From assembly GCA_963665295.1 (NCBI GenBank), contig OY762209.1:4096001-4160000 (forward strand): a DNA stretch of 64,000 nt, given 5' to 3'. This document shows, piece by piece, positions 21,109-32,199 of this stretch; within the stretch, counting starts at the first letter, position 1; each line of letters starts with the position of its first letter. Origin of the DNA: Syntrophorhabdaceae bacterium (GTDB lineage Bacteria; Desulfobacterota; Syntrophorhabdia; Syntrophorhabdales; Syntrophorhabdaceae). A program made the position numbers and the translations under genes. The notes beneath the pieces are model-generated. The model saw only the letters and a list, made by a program, of their open reading frames with translations. It searched no databases and had not been told where the DNA came from.

Positions 21109-21523
21109 CTTCTACCTCCAATCTGATTATTCGGTCTTCATCTCCTGTAATATCTATGTACACTCCGATAGTGCCCTCCGGCCACATGGTCCTTTCGGCC
21201 CACTCCACCACAACTATGCCGGTTTCGAGATATTCTTCCATATCAAGACCTTCCGCCTCATCGCCGTCGATCCTGTACAGGTCGGCGTGGCAGAGCGTAT
21301 ACGTTCCTTCATATACATTCATCAAGGTGAACGAAGGGCTCAGGACATATTGCCAGTCCGGAACTCCGAGACCCCTTGCAATGCCTTTCACCAGTTGAGT
21401 CTTGCCCGCTCCGAGCTCCCCATAGAGGGCATAGCGGTCACCCCGCCTGGCGCCACTGCCGATGCACTCGCCGATATCCCATGTGTCAGAGGGACTTCTC
21501 GATATAAACTCTATCCGTTCCAC
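21062..21523 (-). CDS. tsaE: tRNA threonylcarbamoyladenosine biosynthesis ATPase TsaE
   Basis: [25 protein letters not shown]. Confidence 0.95.
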   Translation of the reverse strand: MERIEFISRSPSDTWDIGECIGSGARRGDRYALYGELGAGKTQLVKGIARGLGVPDWQYVLSPSFTLMNVYEGTYTLCHADLYRIDGDEAEGLDMEEYLETGIVVVEWAERTMWPEGTIGVYIDITGDEDRIIRLEVEDVSRAEVWRNLSKRC

Positions 21524-23063
21524 CCTTTATATTCCTTAAAGCCTTGCCGAGTCCCGCGAGAAGATCGCCGGCAAGGAGATCCATGTCCGTGGATTCCTCC
21601 ACAAAACTGTCGGCCGCATACCCGTGTACATAGGCCCCAAGGAGGGATGCCTCGGTCATTGAGTACCCCTGGGCCACTGCGCCTCCAATGAAACCAGTTA
21701 GTATATCACCACTTCCACCTTTTGCCAAGGACTGGTTGCCCGTGGGTATTATATAGGCTTCTCCCCGTTCATTAAAGACAATCGTCCTCGCCCCTTTCAG
21801 GACGAGGTTTGCCCCGGTTCTTTCGAAAAAACTTCTTCCCGCAGCCATCCGATCGGCATTGATGGCCTTCGGCGACATCTCCATGATGCGGCCGAGTTCA
21901 CCCGGGTGGGGTGTAAATACGGCGTTCTTTTTCGCCTTTGTGAACAGGTCCATATGCCCTGCGAAGGCGTTTATCCCGTCGGCGTCGATGATAAAGGGTT
22001 TGTGTGCCTCCGTAAAGACCCTCCTCACTATTTCCGAGGTCTCGGGGTTTTGGGAAAGGCCCGGCCCCATGATAATCACATCCTTGTCCGCGACAAATTC
22101 CATAATCTTCCGGTACGACGAAAGAGTGAAATATCCTGTCCCCTGGTCCGCCACGGGATAGGTCATCACTTCGGTAAGCTTCGTTGCCATTATACCGTTC
22201 AGGGATTCGGGGATGAGAAGAGTCACCAGGCCGGCCCCGATCTTCAGCGCGGCCAGAGACGCCATGTGGGCTGCCCCCGTCTTTCCGGGAGAACCTGCAA
22301 TCACTGCCACGTGACCGAAGGTGCCTTTGTGGGACCAAGGCATCCTCTCCTTAAGAAAACCCCTTATCATCTCCCCATCCACCAGACGGCCATCCATGCC
22401 CAAGCTCTCTTCGGCATGGGAAGGCAATGAAATGTCGATGACCGTGAGTTTTCCCGTATGGTATGCCCCGGGGTAAAAAAGCTGTCCTATCTTCGGAAAA
22501 CCATAGGTAAACGTATGGGTTGCCATGACAGCCCGGCCAAGCGCCATGCCCGTCCTGCCGTCAATGCCCGAAGGTATGTCAACGGCAATGACCGGTCCGC
22601 CCGATCCGTTGATCAACTCGATCGCCCTATCCTCTTTACCCTGCACCATCTTCGACAAGCCTGTTCCGAAGATCGCATCCACCGTAATGTCCGCTTCTCT
22701 GAGTTCTTCCTTTACGAGACCGAAAGAGGTATCATCAACCTCGATGATCTCTCCTCCCAGAGAAGCATAGAGACGCATGTTGAGAGCCGCGTCTCCCTTC
22801 AGATCGGAAGTCCGGCATAGGAGATAAACCTTCACGGTAAATCCGTCCCTGAGGGCATATCGCGCAATCACGAAACCGTCGCCGCCGTTGTTCCCTCTGC
22901 CACAGAAAACGGCAAGCCTGCTTTTAGGCTCCAGATAACGTTCCTTCGTCAAGCGGTACGTATTCCGCCCCGCGTTCTCCATGAGCACCGCAGAGGGGAT
23001 ACCCCATTCCTTGATCGCATATTCGTCGTATTTTGCCATTCTTTCAGGGGAGAGTACCTTCAT
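21486..23063 (-). CDS. nnr: Bifunctional NAD(P)HX epimerase/dehydratase
   Basis: LMENAG, GRGNNGGDG, VDIPSG, HKGTFG, TPHPGE, GGSGDIL; start at ATG 23063 after GGAGGA. Confidence 0.95.
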   Translation of the reverse strand: MKVLSPERMAKYDEYAIKEWGIPSAVLMENAGRNTYRLTKERYLEPKSRLAVFCGRGNNGGDGFVIARYALRDGFTVKVYLLCRTSDLKGDAALNMRLYASLGGEIIEVDDTSFGLVKEELREADITVDAIFGTGLSKMVQGKEDRAIELINGSGGPVIAVDIPSGIDGRTGMALGRAVMATHTFTYGFPKIGQLFYPGAYHTGKLTVIDISLPSHAEESLGMDGRLVDGEMIRGFLKERMPWSHKGTFGHVAVIAGSPGKTGAAHMASLAALKIGAGLVTLLIPESLNGIMATKLTEVMTYPVADQGTGYFTLSSYRKIMEFVADKDVIIMGPGLSQNPETSEIVRRVFTEAHKPFIIDADGINAFAGHMDLFTKAKKNAVFTPHPGELGRIMEMSPKAINADRMAAGRSFFERTGANLVLKGARTIVFNERGEAYIIPTGNQSLAKGGSGDILTGFIGGAVAQGYSMTEASLLGAYVHGYAADSFVEESTDMDLLAGDLLAGLGKALRNIKGGTDRVYIEKSL

Positions 23064-23079
23064 GCATTCCTCCACGCCG

Positions 23080-23397
23080 TTATATTATCACCACGGAGAC
23101 TGCGTATGCCTTCTCATGGGAAATACTCACTCCGTCGTACCGTATGCCGCGGCAGGTTACGAAGGGCTTGCCTCCTGCCCCGGACACCATAATCTCCTTC
23201 CACGGCAAGCCCTTGCCGAGGGCTTTTATGAAGGCCTCTTTTGCCGCAAACCTTCCTGCAAGGGTCTGATACATGTTCTTCCTGCTTTGAGCGTATCGCA
23301 GCTCCTCGTCGGTAAAGACCCTGGTCAAGAACCTGTCGCCGAACCTCTCCACGGCCCGGGCGATCCTTGACACGTCGACAATGTCTATACCAATCAT
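23080..23397 (-). CDS. acpS: Holo-ACP synthase
   Basis: GIDIV, RVFT..E, AGRFAAKEA, SISHE. Confidence 0.94.
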   Translation of the reverse strand: MIGIDIVDVSRIARAVERFGDRFLTRVFTDEELRYAQSRKNMYQTLAGRFAAKEAFIKALGKGLPWKEIMVSGAGGKPFVTCRGIRYDGVSISHEKAYAVSVVII

Positions 23398-23431
23398 CGC
23401 TCCCTGGCCTTCAGCATATGAGGCGGCAGTC

Positions 23432-24148
23432 TCATCCGCCGATCAGGGCGATCATATCCCGGACAGCCCGGTCCAGACCGACAAAAACCGCCCTGGCAAT
23501 AATGGCGTGTCCTATACTCAATTCATCCATTCCCGGAATCGATGCAATCTCTTTCACATTGTGATAGTGCAGCCCGTGGCCGCCGTTTACCCCGAGGCCA
23601 AGCTCCTTTCCCCGGGCGACAGCACGTATCACCTTTTTCAGCTCCTCGGCCCTGAGCTCTCCCGTCTTCGCATCGCTGTATGCCCCCGTGTGTATCTCGA
23701 TCATATGGGCACCCACTTTGTGCGCCGCAAGGATCTGTGCTTCCTCGGGGTCGATGAAGAGACTCACCTTTATTCCCTTTTCTCTCACCGATTCCACCGC
23801 TTTCTGAACCCTCGCGGAGAGGCCCACCACATCGAGTCCCCCTTCCGTGGTCAATTCCTGTCTTTTCTCAGGTACGAGGGTAACCATGTAGGGCCGTACT
23901 TCCCTGGCTATCCCGACCATCTCGTCGGTAGCCGCCATTTCAAGGTTCAACTTCGTCTTTATTACGTTCTTCAGGATAGCCACATCCCTGTCTTTTATAT
24001 GTCGTCTGTCTTCCCTCAAATGCACGATGATACCCGAGGCCCCTGCCATTTCCGCAATTCCCGCGGCATGCACGGGATCAGGGTACGCCGTGCCCCGAGC
24101 CTCCCTCAAAGTCGCGATGTGGTCAATATTTACCATTAGTTCAGGCAT
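23432..24148 (-). CDS. pdxJ: Pyridoxine 5'-phosphate synthase
   Basis: [37 protein letters not shown]; start at ATG 24148. Confidence 0.97.
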   Translation of the reverse strand: MPELMVNIDHIATLREARGTAYPDPVHAAGIAEMAGASGIIVHLREDRRHIKDRDVAILKNVIKTKLNLEMAATDEMVGIAREVRPYMVTLVPEKRQELTTEGGLDVVGLSARVQKAVESVREKGIKVSLFIDPEEAQILAAHKVGAHMIEIHTGAYSDAKTGELRAEELKKVIRAVARGKELGLGVNGGHGLHYHNVKEIASIPGMDELSIGHAIIARAVFVGLDRAVRDMIALIGG

Positions 24149-24149
24149 A

Positions 24150-25508
24150 TCAATCTCCTCCGAGTTCTTTCCGTGCCGACTCTGCAATCTCCTCGGCAAA
24201 CCGGTCTACCTGCTTCGCATCCACCCCTTCGACCATAACCCTCAGTTTCATTTCCGTCCCTGAATATCTCACCACCACTCTGCCTTCGTCCCCAAGGAGG
24301 TCCCTAATTCCCTGAATGGCGCCTGTGAGACCCGGGCAGTCTTCAATGGGTTTCTTTTCTTTTACCCTTACGTTCTTTTCTACCTGGGGAAACTCGGTGA
24401 AACCCTCCATCAGGTCGCCCAGCCCCTTCTGTTCCTCTATCATAACGTGCAGCATCTTCAGGGCCGTAACCATACCGTCCCCGGTGGTATTATGGTCGAG
24501 AAATACAATGTGACCGGATTTTTCTCCCCCGAGATTGAGGTCTTCCTTAAGCATAGTCTCAAGGACATATCTGTCCCCCACGTTTGCCCTCAACACCTTT
24601 ATACTTTCACTCCTGAGGCAGGTCTCCACTCCCATGTTGCTTGCTATGGTGGCGACCAGCGTGTTCTGTTTCAGGCCGCCCTTTTTCTTGAGGTGTCTTG
24701 CCAGTACTACCATGGCGCCGTCCCCGTCGATCACCTGTCCTTTATCGTCGACAAAAGTAACCCTGTCGGCGTCCCCGTCAAAGGCAATGCCTATGTGAGC
24801 ATTGTGTTCCATCACCTGTTCCCTCAGGCGGTCGGGATAGAGACTCCCGCAGTCCTTGTTGATATTCTCACCGTCCGGTTCAACACCGACGGCCAAAACA
24901 TGGGCGCCAAGTTCCTCGAAGACGCTGGGGGCCACTTTGTATGCGGCGCCGTGAGCGCAGTCTACTACCATCCTCAACCCATCGAGAGAATAAGGTTGGG
25001 GGAAGATATTTTTCAGAAATACAATATACCGGCCCACGGCATCATCTATCCTGTGAGCCTTCCCTACCTCGTTGGCCACAGGTCGGAGCGTGTCCAACGA
25101 ACCATCCAGCATCAGCTTCTCGATCTCATATTCCAGTTCGTCCGGCAGCTTAAAGCCGTCCCCGGAGAATATCTTTATCCCATTGTCTTGATAAGGATTG
25201 TGCGACGCGGATATGACTATGCCCGCGTCCGCCCTCATGCTGCTCGTAATAAAGGCAATCCCCGGCGTAGGCAGCGGCCCCACAAGCCACACATCAAGGC
25301 CCATGGAGCATATGCCGGAAGCTATGGCGGTTTCGAGCATATAACCTGAAACCCTCGTGTCCTTCCCCACCACGATCCTTCCCCTGCCATGCCTCTCTTT
25401 AAAAATATACGATACAGCGCGCCCAAGTTTCAGGGCGACTTCCGACGTCATGGGGTACACATTGGCAATCCCACGTATCCCGTCGGTGCCGAATAGTCTT
25501 CTTTCCAT
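24150..25508 (-). CDS. glmM: Phosphoglucosamine mutase
   Basis: [34 protein letters not shown]. Confidence 0.97.
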   Translation of the reverse strand: MERRLFGTDGIRGIANVYPMTSEVALKLGRAVSYIFKERHGRGRIVVGKDTRVSGYMLETAIASGICSMGLDVWLVGPLPTPGIAFITSSMRADAGIVISASHNPYQDNGIKIFSGDGFKLPDELEYEIEKLMLDGSLDTLRPVANEVGKAHRIDDAVGRYIVFLKNIFPQPYSLDGLRMVVDCAHGAAYKVAPSVFEELGAHVLAVGVEPDGENINKDCGSLYPDRLREQVMEHNAHIGIAFDGDADRVTFVDDKGQVIDGDGAMVVLARHLKKKGGLKQNTLVATIASNMGVETCLRSESIKVLRANVGDRYVLETMLKEDLNLGGEKSGHIVFLDHNTTGDGMVTALKMLHVMIEEQKGLGDLMEGFTEFPQVEKNVRVKEKKPIEDCPGLTGAIQGIRDLLGDEGRVVVRYSGTEMKLRVMVEGVDAKQVDRFAEEIAESARKELGGD

Positions 25509-25509
25509 C

Positions 25510-26151
25510 CTAATCCCTCCTTAAACGGACCTTGACGGCATCGGGTATTATCTTCCTCAAAAGCAACCCTTTCACCGCCAAAGGAGCCAACACCTCTTCT
25601 TCTTTACCTCTAAAATCCCCGTCCACCGGTAACGTCTCTATAGTCTCTCTCTCTTTCAAGGTCCCTTCGGACCCCTCAACGGTCACATAGCGGGGATTCC
25701 ACGACTTTGCCTCATATGTCCCCGCCCATTTACCATCCAATCTTACAACAACCTTGAGTCGCCTCTCTACAGCTTTGTCCACTTCGATTGTCACGTAGTC
25801 AGGTTTTACCTGCTCGACCTTTATCCCTTTCGGTACTACCACCTTGTCTTTTTGTATGGTAAAGACATGGGCCCCGCTCTTTACACCTGCCAGGTTGATC
25901 ACGAGCCTGATGTCGTGGGCCCTCAGGTTCTTGAGGATTGAAATAGGACCGTTTATCGTTACAAGCAGCGCGTCGGATTCCATATTTCCTATCATCAGTT
26001 CCCTTCCGAGGTTTTCCGTAATGACCGGCACCGAAACCGTCATTTTCGATTCTCCGATATAGGATATGGCGAACCAGAGCATGGCCGCAAGGACGAGAGA
26101 CAAAGCCTTGAGTTTTAAGTCCTTAAGTATATACTGTCTCACAAACTTCAT
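25510..26151 (-). CDS. cdaR: CdaR/YbbR-domain regulator of diadenylate cyclase
   Basis: [15 protein letters not shown] followed by YbbR-like repeats; lies between cdaA and glmM. Confidence 0.85.
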   Translation of the reverse strand: MKFVRQYILKDLKLKALSLVLAAMLWFAISYIGESKMTVSVPVITENLGRELMIGNMESDALLVTINGPISILKNLRAHDIRLVINLAGVKSGAHVFTIQKDKVVVPKGIKVEQVKPDYVTIEVDKAVERRLKVVVRLDGKWAGTYEAKSWNPRYVTVEGSEGTLKERETIETLPVDGDFRGKEEEVLAPLAVKGLLLRKIIPDAVKVRLRRD

Positions 26152-26183
26152 CGCCTAATCCCTTGTTGTCCTCACATACACCA

Positions 26184-26924
26184 TCATTTCAACAGCTCCC
26201 GAAGCACCTTCTTCAGGCTATCGCCGTCCACGTTCCAATGAAACTCCCCCTTGAAGGTGTAAGATATCTTTCCCTTCTCTTCGGAAACCGCGAGAGTAAC
26301 CGCGTCGGTTACCTCGCTGATGCCTATTGCAGCTCTGTGCCTCGTGCCCAGTTGTTTGTCGATGGTGTCCTTCATCGTCAGAGGGAGTATGCAACTCGCC
26401 GCCCTGATCCTTCCTTCCCTGATGATCATCGCGCCATCATGAAGAGGCGATGCATATTGAAATATGCTCAGTATCAACTCGGCGTTGACCTCTGCATCAA
26501 GGCGCACCCCTATCTCCATGAATTCCTCAAGTCCGACCTCACGCTCTATGACAATGAGGGCGCCCGTCTTCTTTTTCGCCATGGCGACGCACGCATTGCA
26601 GAGTTCATCGTAAAAGAGTGTCTCTTCAACATAGGTGATCTTCTTGAAGAAAGGGCTTCTGCCCAGGGCCAGCAGCACCCTTCTTATCTCATTCTGAAAT
26701 ACGACCACCACCACAAGAATGATGGAACTGACAAAATTGTTGAGTATCCATCCCAGGGCAAAAAGTTCAAGTTTTTTCGACAGATAGAAGACGAAGACGA
26801 TTATGATCACGCCCACGATGAGCTGACTCGCCCTTGTCCCTTTCACCAGGAGGAAAGTCCTGTAGATAATGAAGGCTACTATTAATATATCTAAGACATC
26901 TTGCCATCTCAGAGACGTTATCAT
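26184..26924 (-). CDS. cdaA: Membrane diadenylate cyclase CdaA/DacA
   Basis: Three TM helices, FQNEIRR, PLHDGA and LGTRHRAA catalytic motifs. Confidence 0.96.
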   Translation of the reverse strand: MITSLRWQDVLDILIVAFIIYRTFLLVKGTRASQLIVGVIIIVFVFYLSKKLELFALGWILNNFVSSIILVVVVVFQNEIRRVLLALGRSPFFKKITYVEETLFYDELCNACVAMAKKKTGALIVIEREVGLEEFMEIGVRLDAEVNAELILSIFQYASPLHDGAMIIREGRIRAASCILPLTMKDTIDKQLGTRHRAAIGISEVTDAVTLAVSEEKGKISYTFKGEFHWNVDGDSLKKVLRELLK

Positions 26925-27739
26925 GATTTTATGATAGCGTCTACAAGCCTGACGACTTTACGCGCTCCCTTGACATTGTGGACCCTTACGATGTCCGCCC
27001 CGTTCCAGACGCTGATGGCGACGCTTGCAAGGGTTCCCTCTACCCTCTCTTCGAGGGGCCAGTCGGTCACTTTTCCGATAAAGGTCTTCATGGAGGTGCC
27101 CACAAGGAGGGGCCTGCCGAGCACCTTAAAAGCACGAAGGTCTTTTATCAGCTTCAGATTGTCCTCGACTCTCTTGCCGAACCCGATACCCGGATCGAGT
27201 ATGATATCTTCTTCTCTTATTCCCCGGCTCACGGCAAAGGTGACCCTCGCCTTGAGAAAATCCCCTACTTCCCTGATTACGTCATCATAGCACGGGTCTT
27301 TCTGCATATCTTCAGGCGTACCCTTGATGTGCATGAGGACGACGTACATTCCAAGGCGGGCTGCGACGGACGCCATTTCCGGATCGAAGGTGAGGGCGCT
27401 TATGTCGTTCACCATATCCGCGCCCGCGCGCCCGGCTTCTTCCGCCACTTTTGATTTATAGGTATCTATGGAGATTATGACGTCCGAATGCGCGCGTATC
27501 TCTTGTATTACAGGTATGACTCTTTCAAGTTCTTCGTTCGCGGTCGCCCGCTGAGAAAACGGCCTTGTGGACTCTCCGCCCACATCTACGATGTCAGCCC
27601 CTTCTTCGACCATCTCCAGGGCGTGTTGTACGGCAATTCTAGGGTCAAGGAACTTTCCCCCGTCAGAAAAGGAGTCGGGTGTAACATTCAGCACCCCCAT
27701 AATGAGAGGCCTTTCTTTACATGGCAACTTCCTCTTCAT
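26921..27739 (-). CDS. folP: Dihydropteroate synthase
   Basis: [34 protein letters not shown]. Confidence 0.97.
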   Translation of the reverse strand: MKRKLPCKERPLIMGVLNVTPDSFSDGGKFLDPRIAVQHALEMVEEGADIVDVGGESTRPFSQRATANEELERVIPVIQEIRAHSDVIISIDTYKSKVAEEAGRAGADMVNDISALTFDPEMASVAARLGMYVVLMHIKGTPEDMQKDPCYDDVIREVGDFLKARVTFAVSRGIREEDIILDPGIGFGKRVEDNLKLIKDLRAFKVLGRPLLVGTSMKTFIGKVTDWPLEERVEGTLASVAISVWNGADIVRVHNVKGARKVVRLVDAIIKS

Positions 27740-29546
27740 TTGAGCTTTCCTTGATAATCGCATCTATTTCCTGGCCATCCAGCACTTCTTTTTCCAAAAG
27801 CTTATTCGCAATGGCATGGAGTCCTTTCATGTTATTGTAAAGGATCCCTTTTGCCCTCTCAAAACACTCTGTAACTATCCGCCTCAGTTCCTCGTCTATA
27901 TCCTGCGCCGTATCTTCGCTGAAATCCCTGTGTTGGGCTATTTCCCGGCCGAGAAAGATATGTTCCTCCTTCTTGCCGTAATTCAGGGGACCGAGTTTTT
28001 CACTCATTCCCCACTCGCAGACCATCTTCCGCGCTATCTCAGTGGCTCTCTCGATGTCGTTCCCCGCTCCGGTGGTCTCATGATTAAGGACAAGCTCTTC
28101 GGCAACCCTTCCCCCTAAAAGGATCGTGATGTTCTCGAGGAGAAACGATTTCGAATAGGTATGTCTTTCATCTATGGGCAACTGCTGCGTAATTCCAAGT
28201 GCCCGCCCCCGGGGGATGATGGTAACCTTGTGGATCGGGTCTGAACCGGGGATCATCCTCGCCACCAGTGCGTGACCCGCTTCATGGTACGCCGCATTCC
28301 TCCTCTCCTCGAAGGGAATTATCAGGCTCTTCCTCTCCACGCCCATGAGCACTTTGTCTTTTGCCTGCTCAAAATCGTCCATCTCGATTTCTTTCTTGTT
28401 CTTTCTCGCTGCAAGAAGGGCGGCTTCGTTCACCAGATTTTCCAGGTCCGCCCCTGAAAACCCGGGAGTGCCCCTGGCAATCACTGATAACTCCACGTCT
28501 CCGGCAACAACCGTCTTTCGTGTATGGACGTTAAGGATTGCCTCCCTCCCCTTTACATCGGGGATGGAGACGACTATCTGCCGGTCGAACCTTCCCGGCC
28601 TTAAAAGTGCGGGGTCCAGTACGTCAGGTCTGTTTGTCGCCGACATAACGATAACCCCTTCATTAGATTCAAATCCATCCATTTCGACGAGGAGTTGATT
28701 CAAGGTCTGCTCCCTCTCATCGTGCCCGCCTCCGAGGCCTGCGCCCCTGTGCCTGCCGACCGCGTCGATCTCGTCGATAAATATGATGCAAGGCGCATGT
28801 TTCTTCCCCTGGTTAAACAGGTCTCTTACCCTAGAAGCCCCTACGCCCACAAACATCTCCACAAAGTCCGAGCCGCTTATACTGAAAAACGGCACATCCG
28901 CTTCTCCCGCGATCGCTCTCGCCAGCAACGTCTTTCCTGTTCCGGGAGGACCCACGAGAAGCACGCCTTTGGGTATCCGACCGCCGAGCTTCGTGAACTT
29001 TTTGGGATCGATGAGAAACTCTATAATCTCCTGCAGTTCCTCTTTTGCCTCATCAATGCCGGCCACATCGCGGAAAGTGACCTTATTCTCTTTTCCGGTC
29101 ACAAGTCGCGCCTTGCTCTTCCCGAAGGCCATAGCCTTCCCGCCCCCTGCCTGCATCTGCCTCATAAAAAATATCCACACGCCAATAAGGAGGAGCATGG
29201 GAAACCACGATATGAAAATGTTCTGCCATATCCCGGAATCCTCATCGGGCTTCGCGTTGATTCTCACGTTATGGGTCCTGAGCATCTTCATCAACTCGGG
29301 ATCGTCAGGGGCGTAGCTCTTGAATTCCTTACCATCCTTGAACGAACCCAGGATATGCTTGCCCTGGATGGTAATAGATTGAATCTTGTCAGTCTCAACG
29401 GCTTCCACAAAGTCGCTGAATATGACGCTTTCATAGCTCTTCTTGGGCTTGTAGTAGACGTTGAAAATAAAGAGCCCCAGCAGGATTATGAAGAGCCAGA
29501 CGAAGATATTCTTGTTCATGGGATTAATGTTCGTATTCTTGGGCAC
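27717..29546 (-). CDS. ftsH: ATP-dependent zinc metalloprotease FtsH
   Basis: Two TMs, [27 protein letters not shown]. Start is GTG 29546 or ATG 29519. Confidence 0.98.
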   Translation of the reverse strand: MPKNTNINPMNKNIFVWLFIILLGLFIFNVYYKPKKSYESVIFSDFVEAVETDKIQSITIQGKHILGSFKDGKEFKSYAPDDPELMKMLRTHNVRINAKPDEDSGIWQNIFISWFPMLLLIGVWIFFMRQMQAGGGKAMAFGKSKARLVTGKENKVTFRDVAGIDEAKEELQEIIEFLIDPKKFTKLGGRIPKGVLLVGPPGTGKTLLARAIAGEADVPFFSISGSDFVEMFVGVGASRVRDLFNQGKKHAPCIIFIDEIDAVGRHRGAGLGGGHDEREQTLNQLLVEMDGFESNEGVIVMSATNRPDVLDPALLRPGRFDRQIVVSIPDVKGREAILNVHTRKTVVAGDVELSVIARGTPGFSGADLENLVNEAALLAARKNKKEIEMDDFEQAKDKVLMGVERKSLIIPFEERRNAAYHEAGHALVARMIPGSDPIHKVTIIPRGRALGITQQLPIDERHTYSKSFLLENITILLGGRVAEELVLNHETTGAGNDIERATEIARKMVCEWGMSEKLGPLNYGKKEEHIFLGREIAQHRDFSEDTAQDIDEELRRIVTECFERAKGILYNNMKGLHAIANKLLEKEVLDGQEIDAIIKESSNEEEVAM

Positions 29547-29620
29547 CTATCCTTTGTACCATAAAAACCGTGCGTTATCAATAGCTGAATGCCTGTGAAG
29601 CTGTTTTATCGTCCGTAATT

Positions 29621-29629
29621 TGTTATAAT
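29621..29629 (+). promoter_or_regulatory. Extended -10 promoter (TG-T-TATAAT) for the flavoprotein gene
   Basis: Perfect extended -10 consensus ~30 nt upstream of ATG 29659 in the divergent ftsH intergenic region. Confidence 0.6.
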
Positions 29630-29658
29630 AGGCACAATCAAATGGGGGGATAAAAGCC

Positions 29659-30510
29659 ATGAAAGAAGGCGGGACCGGGTTGGATGCACAAAAGAAAAAA
29701 GTCCTTGGACTTGTGGGATCTCCTCGCAGACTCGGCAACTGCGAAGTCATGGTCAAGGAAATATCTAACAATATCAAGGAAGAACACACACTCGGACTCA
29801 TCCGCATACCCTCTCTCAACATCCGACCCTGCACGGCCTGTTATGGCTGTGTCATGGACAAACCCTGCCCCAAAACAGACGATATGGCGTTCCTTCTCGA
29901 CAACCTTGCAGGGGCGGATGCCTTTATCATCGCGTCGCCCGTATATTTTCTCGGCGCCCACAGCATATTCAAACAGGTCCTCGACCGGGGCTTCCTTCTC
30001 TACACTATCCTCCCGAGGACCTACGGTAAACCTTGCATCCTCCTCAACCTGTATGGTATGGACGACAGGTTGGGCGCAGCGCCCCACACCCTTATGACAT
30101 TTGCCTCATTCCTCGGCCTGCAAATAAAGGCGCAGGAGAATATCAAGGCCGCCCTCCCGGGAGAAGCCCTTCTCGTCAATGGAATGGCGTCCAGGACAAA
30201 GGCAATGGCAGAGAGCCTGTTTTCCCCGGGCAAAGCCCCCCACAACCACGGCTGTCCTTTCTGCGGGTGCGACATAGCGCGGTTCGGAAAGAAAGAGTTT
30301 ACCTGTACTTTGTGCCACGGGACTTTCCGCCTCGACGGCAAGGGCAACACAGAAGGACTGAAGGAAGGCGGGATCTTCGGAACCCTTGAGCATATGCTCC
30401 TCCACAAGACATGGCTTGCGGGCATGAAGGACGAATTTCTCACGCGAAAGCGTGAGTTGATAAAGATGACCCTGCCCTACAAGGACACAGGGGAATGGCT
30501 CGAACCGTAG
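29659..30510 (+). CDS. Iron-sulfur flavoprotein / NADPH-dependent FMN reductase family protein with C-terminal Cys4 motif
   Basis: GSPRRLGN, CTACYGC-x5-C, SPVYF; C-terminal CPFCG...CTLC. Confidence 0.85.
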   Translation: MKEGGTGLDAQKKKVLGLVGSPRRLGNCEVMVKEISNNIKEEHTLGLIRIPSLNIRPCTACYGCVMDKPCPKTDDMAFLLDNLAGADAFIIASPVYFLGAHSIFKQVLDRGFLLYTILPRTYGKPCILLNLYGMDDRLGAAPHTLMTFASFLGLQIKAQENIKAALPGEALLVNGMASRTKAMAESLFSPGKAPHNHGCPFCGCDIARFGKKEFTCTLCHGTFRLDGKGNTEGLKEGGIFGTLEHMLLHKTWLAGMKDEFLTRKRELIKMTLPYKDTGEWLEP

Positions 30511-30639
30511 CCTTATCAAGACAATAAGATGTCATATATCAAATACTTTCACTTCTTATTTCATAACTGACATCATGTTATTATTCTAAGGTTCCGCTTT
30601 CCTGGTCATAGTTGACCCATAACCCGCGCTTCCAACCCG

Positions 30640-31149
30640 TCAGCGGATCTTGCCGAGGGTCTTCGTCGCTTTTCTGAGTTTCTTCGGGAGCTTTCTAGGG
30701 TTACCCTTTTTGGGGAGTCCCCCTTCTTCTTCGTCCCCGAAGTCCTCGACCTTCCCCGACATCTCCCCTCTAATCAGTTCCTCTAATCTCTGGGGCGTAA
30801 TAAAGGCAGTACCCGCTCTCTTGGCTTCGTCGATTATTGCCCGGTCGGAAGTAACCACAACCATGTTCCCTCTTCCCTCTCTGATCCAGCCGATTATCAC
30901 GTCATCCGCCGTCTCGTTTTCCCTGGAGTAGACCACATCCACGCCAAGGTGGTTTTCCCTCTGTCTTCCCGGCGAACGGCTATTGTAGGCATCGAAGACA
31001 ACCGTCACCTTGGAGCCTCTCCGCCTCTTATAGTGGGCGAGTTTGTCCAGTATGGCACGCCTCAGGGTTTCCATGCTCGACCCGCTCTGCACCTGGGGGC
31101 TCGTGGTCCTCATCATGTAGTTGTATCCGTCGATAATAATGTGCGCCAT
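30640..31149 (-). CDS. NYN-domain (YacP/Rae1-like) ribonuclease
   Basis: IIDGYN, VVFDA, TADDVI, VVTSD motifs; basic C-terminal tail. Confidence 0.88.
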   Translation of the reverse strand: MAHIIIDGYNYMMRTTSPQVQSGSSMETLRRAILDKLAHYKRRRGSKVTVVFDAYNSRSPGRQRENHLGVDVVYSRENETADDVIIGWIREGRGNMVVVTSDRAIIDEAKRAGTAFITPQRLEELIRGEMSGKVEDFGDEEEGGLPKKGNPRKLPKKLRKATKTLGKIR

Positions 31150-31280
31150 AGGAACCCGTCTTTATTTTGCGCGGCGGAACCAGCCGTGGGGTGATGCCGG
31201 TAGCGGGCGCCGGCCCCCAGGGCCAACTTGTTGTGAACCGCCCCGGAAGCCTCAAGGGCGGACGACAATACTGCCGAAAA

Positions 31281-31727
31281 CTACCTGGAGCGGGCCGGCT
31301 TCACTGTTTCGCGCAGCCCTTCCTCTTTGTAATGGTCCTTCATGATCCTGTCAAGGACTCCATTGATAAATTCACCCGAGTCTTCGCTTCCATATTTCTT
31401 GGCCAACTCGATAGCCTCGTCGATAGCCACCTTCGGCGGCACGTCCGGAGAGAAAAGCATCTCGTATATGCTCAACCTCATAATTCCCTTATCGACATAG
31501 GTAATGCGACCCAGCTTCCAGTTGTCGCAGGCACGCTCAATATATGCGTCGATCTTCTCCCGCTCTTGCTTCACCCCCGACAGTATGGAGTCCGCATAGG
31601 ATACTATGTCCTGCTGGTAAGGAAAGGACTCACAATACCGGGCCAGCGCATGCTCGGGATCGTTGCCGTTCGTTTCGAACTGGTACAGCATTCTCAGCGC
31701 TAATTCTCTTGCTTTTCGTCTACGCAC
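31281..31727 (-). CDS. nusB: Transcription antitermination factor NusB
   Basis: RRKARELAL, VAIDEAIELAKKYG, FINGVLD; follows ribH. Confidence 0.97.
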   Translation of the reverse strand: MRRRKARELALRMLYQFETNGNDPEHALARYCESFPYQQDIVSYADSILSGVKQEREKIDAYIERACDNWKLGRITYVDKGIMRLSIYEMLFSPDVPPKVAIDEAIELAKKYGSEDSGEFINGVLDRIMKDHYKEEGLRETVKPARSR

Positions 31728-31733
31728 ACGGCC

Positions 31734-32189
31734 TCATTTTTTTAACAGATTTGCCATTTCAATAATGGAGACAGCGGCGTCAAACCCCTTGTTTCCCGAC
31801 TTCGTGCCGGCGCGCTCTATTGCCTGCTCTATGTTCTCACTGGTAATAACTCCAAAAGAAATGGGTTTTTCGCTTTCAAGGGAAACCAGCGCGATGCCTT
31901 TCGCCACTTCGGAAGCGACATATTCAAAATGGGGGGTAGCCCCTCGAATAACCGCCCCCAGACAAATAATACCGTCGAGATCCGCTTTCTTCGACAGGCG
32001 CTTTGCCATAAGAGGTATCTCAAAGGCGCCGGGCACCTTATAAATATCCACCTCGCCCTCTTCCGCTCCATGTCTTCTCAGTGCGTCAAGAGCGCCTTCC
32101 AGAAGCCTCTCCGTAATGAAGCTGTTGAATCTGCTCACGACTATTGCAATCTTCAGACCCTTCGCATCGAGTTTTCCCTCGTAGATCAT
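31734..32189 (-). CDS. ribH: 6,7-dimethyl-8-ribityllumazine synthase
   Basis: [31 protein letters not shown]. Confidence 0.98.
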   Translation of the reverse strand: MIYEGKLDAKGLKIAIVVSRFNSFITERLLEGALDALRRHGAEEGEVDIYKVPGAFEIPLMAKRLSKKADLDGIICLGAVIRGATPHFEYVASEVAKGIALVSLESEKPISFGVITSENIEQAIERAGTKSGNKGFDAAVSIIEMANLLKK

Positions 32190-32199
32190 TATCGGCTCC

